Shown here one piece after another: positions 61,181 to 64,000 of a DNA stretch of 64,000 bases (positions are counted from its first letter, which is position 1; each line of letters starts with the position of its first letter). Below the pieces are notes generated by a model. It made no database searches. It worked only from the letters and a program-made list of their open reading frames with translations, and was not told the DNA's origin. Both the position numbers and the translations under genes were made by a program. Source of the stretch: Malacoraja senta (lineage: Eukaryota); contig JAXLNO010000438.1 in the NCBI GenBank assembly GCA_038087875.1, positions 1 to 64,000 on the forward strand, written 5' to 3'.

Positions 61181-61589
61181 AACGTGGTCGCTTGAGCCGT
61201 ACGGCCGGTCCCACTTCGATCGCCGCAGCTGGTCCTGACATCGCGCGGGGCTCGGAAAAAATGACACTGTCCAAAAATTCCGCGCGGCAACGGCCTGCCG
61301 GCCTGCAGCCGCATTGAGGCCGTACGCACCGCCTCGACGGGCGTGCGCAGCGTCTTGACGGCTTACGCCTAGCGCGAACTTCCGCGGACTTCGCTCGAAC
61401 TTCACGTCAACTCGTATGGGATCTCTCGACCTCCGAGCGGCCCCCGCTTCCGGTTTGGTCGTGCTCGCCACATGCAGTCGCATGCTGGTGGGACAGGCCC
61501 TGTACGGGGATCACTCGACCTCCGCGCGGCCCCGCTTCCAGTTTGGTCGCGCTTGCCGCATGCAGTCGCATGCTCGTGGGACAGGCCCT
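61181..61589. mobile_element. Second copy of the Harbinger-type MITE, opposite orientation, left end lost, right end duplicated
   Basis: Internal sequence is the reverse complement of ~23040-23150. The terminus GCATGCAGTCGCATGCT.GTGGGACAGGCCCT occurs twice, and the last copy is followed by TAA. Confidence 0.85.
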
Positions 61590-61789
61590 TAAGGGAATGA
61601 ATGAGCCAATACTTGGAATTGATTTGGTTTAGTGCAAATCTTTGATCCAATTTACCTATTCCAGAAGTCACAGTATGTTAAACAACATGGGTGATCTTTA
61701 CTCCAACAATGTCTCTTATTTTTTTTTAAGTTTCAGATAAAAAAATTCTGATAAGTATCCAGTTGGATGTGTCTGATATTAAGCACACT

Positions 61790-62030
61790 GGTGTACACAC
61801 TGAAGATACAAAGTGCTGGGGTAACTCAACAGATTAGGCAACATCGCTGGAGAACATGGATAGGTGATGTTTTGGAGTGGGACCCTTCTTCAGCTTCTGA
61901 AGTATCTGAAGAAGGCTTCCAACCTGAAATGTCACCTATCTGTGTTCTCCAGAGATGCTGCGTGACCTACTGAGTTACTCCAGCATTTTCTGTCTTTTTT
62001 TTGTAAACCATGATCTGCAATTCCTTGTAT
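61790..62030. mobile_element. Inverted Penelope-type cassette pair (older)
   Basis: Opposed copies meet at ~61895-61905. A similar pair lies at 28590-28765; further single copies at 40630-40766, 52044-52124, 55040-55160 and 62890-62972. Confidence 0.75.
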
Positions 62031-64000
62031 CTACATTGAAGTCGATTAACTTTTCACATCAGGGTGAATTTAAAAGCTTAAGATGTTTGTATTACACGTG
62101 TTAGGTATTGTCCTATTCTGGGTTGTAAAACAATTGGAGGACAAGCAGAGAGCAAAATTCAGTGGCACAAGTACAGAACTTAGTGAGCCATGCTGGATCT
62201 TGAGGTGAATGAACTAATTACAATGATAATATTAAGTTTTGTTATTTTCAGTAAAACACCATCAACCTTTTGAAGATGGACAAATGAATAACTTTGTTGA
62301 TGTCAGACTTCACACAATGTGTCAGAAAATGTGAAAAATACTTAATACATATTGAGCTATGGATTAGAAGGAAACTTCTTCCTAGAGTTCAACGTGAATA
62401 TGCCACGTATATAATTTGCTTAGATTCTATTAGTGAAAACTTTAGAAAACTGTTTGTGAATGATGTATTTGTAAACCTCTTTTGGTCTTCAGTGCTCTTG
62501 CATCAAATAGTTCTAGGAAAGACAATCTACGAAGGAAAATGTATAAAGTAACGGGATTCATCATTTCTCACATGAAAAAGATTGTCATAATGACATGTTA
62601 AATACTCCCATATTTTTGAAAGTACCTACATTCATATGTTTATTCATTCACGGGTGGATGGCCATTTCAGTTAACCACAACTTTTACAGTCCTGGTCTCC
62701 TGCATGAAATGCTTTTCAGCCCCAACTTATATTAATGCAGTTCTATACTTTTGATAGTTGTACAAATAAAGAATAATGCTGGACTGAGGAGATCGAGTCA
62801 AACACACGGATAGATATTGGCTCAGTCTGCTTTAATCTTGATGCAATTCCATATTCCATGGGAAAAGGAATAGTATTCAAAAAAAGCAGCCAAGTGCTGG
62901 ATGAACTCAGCTGGTCAGACAGCATCCATGGAGGGAATGAACAGGTGACATTTCGCGTCGGGACCCTTCTTTGCCTTTAGACTTTAGAGAAGTAGTGAGG
63001 AAACATGTCATTTGGCCACCCCCACCGAGTCCACGTCTACCAGCGATCACTCCATACATTAACACTATCCTGTGGATGCTGTCTGTGTGGGGTGTGTACG
63101 TTCTCCCTTTGACCGTGTGGGTTTTCTCCGGTTGCTACAGTTTCCTCACATTCCAAAGATGTGCAGGTTAGTAAGTTAATTGGCTTATGTAAATTGTCCC
63201 TGGTGTGTTGGGTAGATCGAGTGTACGGGTGATCATTGATTGCTGTGGACTTGGTGGGCCGAAAGTACAGGATTAATTTTTCCTTTTTTTCCATGTACGA
63301 AGAAGAATACTATTCTTAAAAAAGCATCAAACGAAGTGCTGGATCATGAATAGGAAAGATTAAGAGGGGCATGAGACAAACATGGGCAGGTTGGACCAGT
63401 GTAGATGGGGTATCTTGGTTGTCAAGGGCAAGTTGGACAAAGGGCCTGTTTTCGTGCTGTATGATTCTGTGACTCCAGATGTTTTCAAATGATCGTTTTA
63501 ATGCGTATAACTATTTTCTGATATCTCAGCTGTTATGGAAAACTTTCAGGGCTTTCCATTGTTTATTACCACGGTATTTAGTTTTGCTCTTTGTACTCTA
63601 CTTTAGCGTGCTTCTAATGTTGATGTATGTGCTTGCCTGACAGTAGACACTCATCAGATTGAAGTACGTCTACTGACGAATTTCTCACAAATGGAGATGT
63701 ATAAAAATTCCAGGGTGAATCATTATTCTGCTGCATATTAGTTCATTTTTAGTCGGCGTTTTGTTCACAATTTGGTGCAGTTCATCTTTTTGGTCTGATC
63801 TGATTTGGGAGAATGCTGTTAGATTCTTGAGAAGAATTGGTTTCCATAATTCAGTGCTGTTTAGTAGATATTAAATACTCTACAGTAGATCAAGTGGTGT
63901 TTGACCCTAGTTATTTTGCATTGCTAAGCCCTTTGGGAGGCTTCTCATTTTGTAAATGTTATTTAGTGCTATGAGTGGTCCTTTTTGTGATCAATTTGTT

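Noticed and set aside
57633..64000. ERGIC1 exon 2 (FDIYRKVPKDLT)
   Set aside because: Not found; presumed to lie beyond the window.

Overview
Vertebrate genomic DNA, very probably a cartilaginous fish. The organism is inferred from the repeat families (HE1-type V-SINEs, CR1/HER1-like LINEs, Penelope pieces) and is not proven. Two host genes are supported. The first is a complete four-exon DUSP1/MKP-1 on the minus strand (CDS 47509->45596, 366 aa, all introns GT-AG) with a CRE/E-box promoter and an ARE/Pumilio 3' UTR. The second is the 20-nt first coding exon of ERGIC1 on the plus strand (57607-57626), which the ORF track misses; it lies head-to-head with DUSP1, as in mammals. The rest is mostly transposon-derived: CR1 and Rex1/Babar LINE fragments, V-SINEs, a recombinase-deleted DIRS1-like retrotransposon, Harbinger/hAT/Tc1-mariner MITEs (some nested), a probable Helitron, and many short Penelope-type terminal-repeat cassettes. 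The most interesting signals are: (i) a hammerhead-ribozyme core in the Penelope cassettes, several of which are stand-alone TSD-flanked inserts with templated junctions; (ii) an unclassified ~800-bp non-coding retroposon family with covarying 3' hairpins; (iii) a nested transposon stack carrying long palindromes; (iv) orphan palindromes beside DUSP1 and in ERGIC1 intron 1. I cannot show that any of these is a wholly new system. Novelty needs database checks, and repeat boundaries are approximate unless a TSD is given. There is a 200-N gap at 30720-30919.
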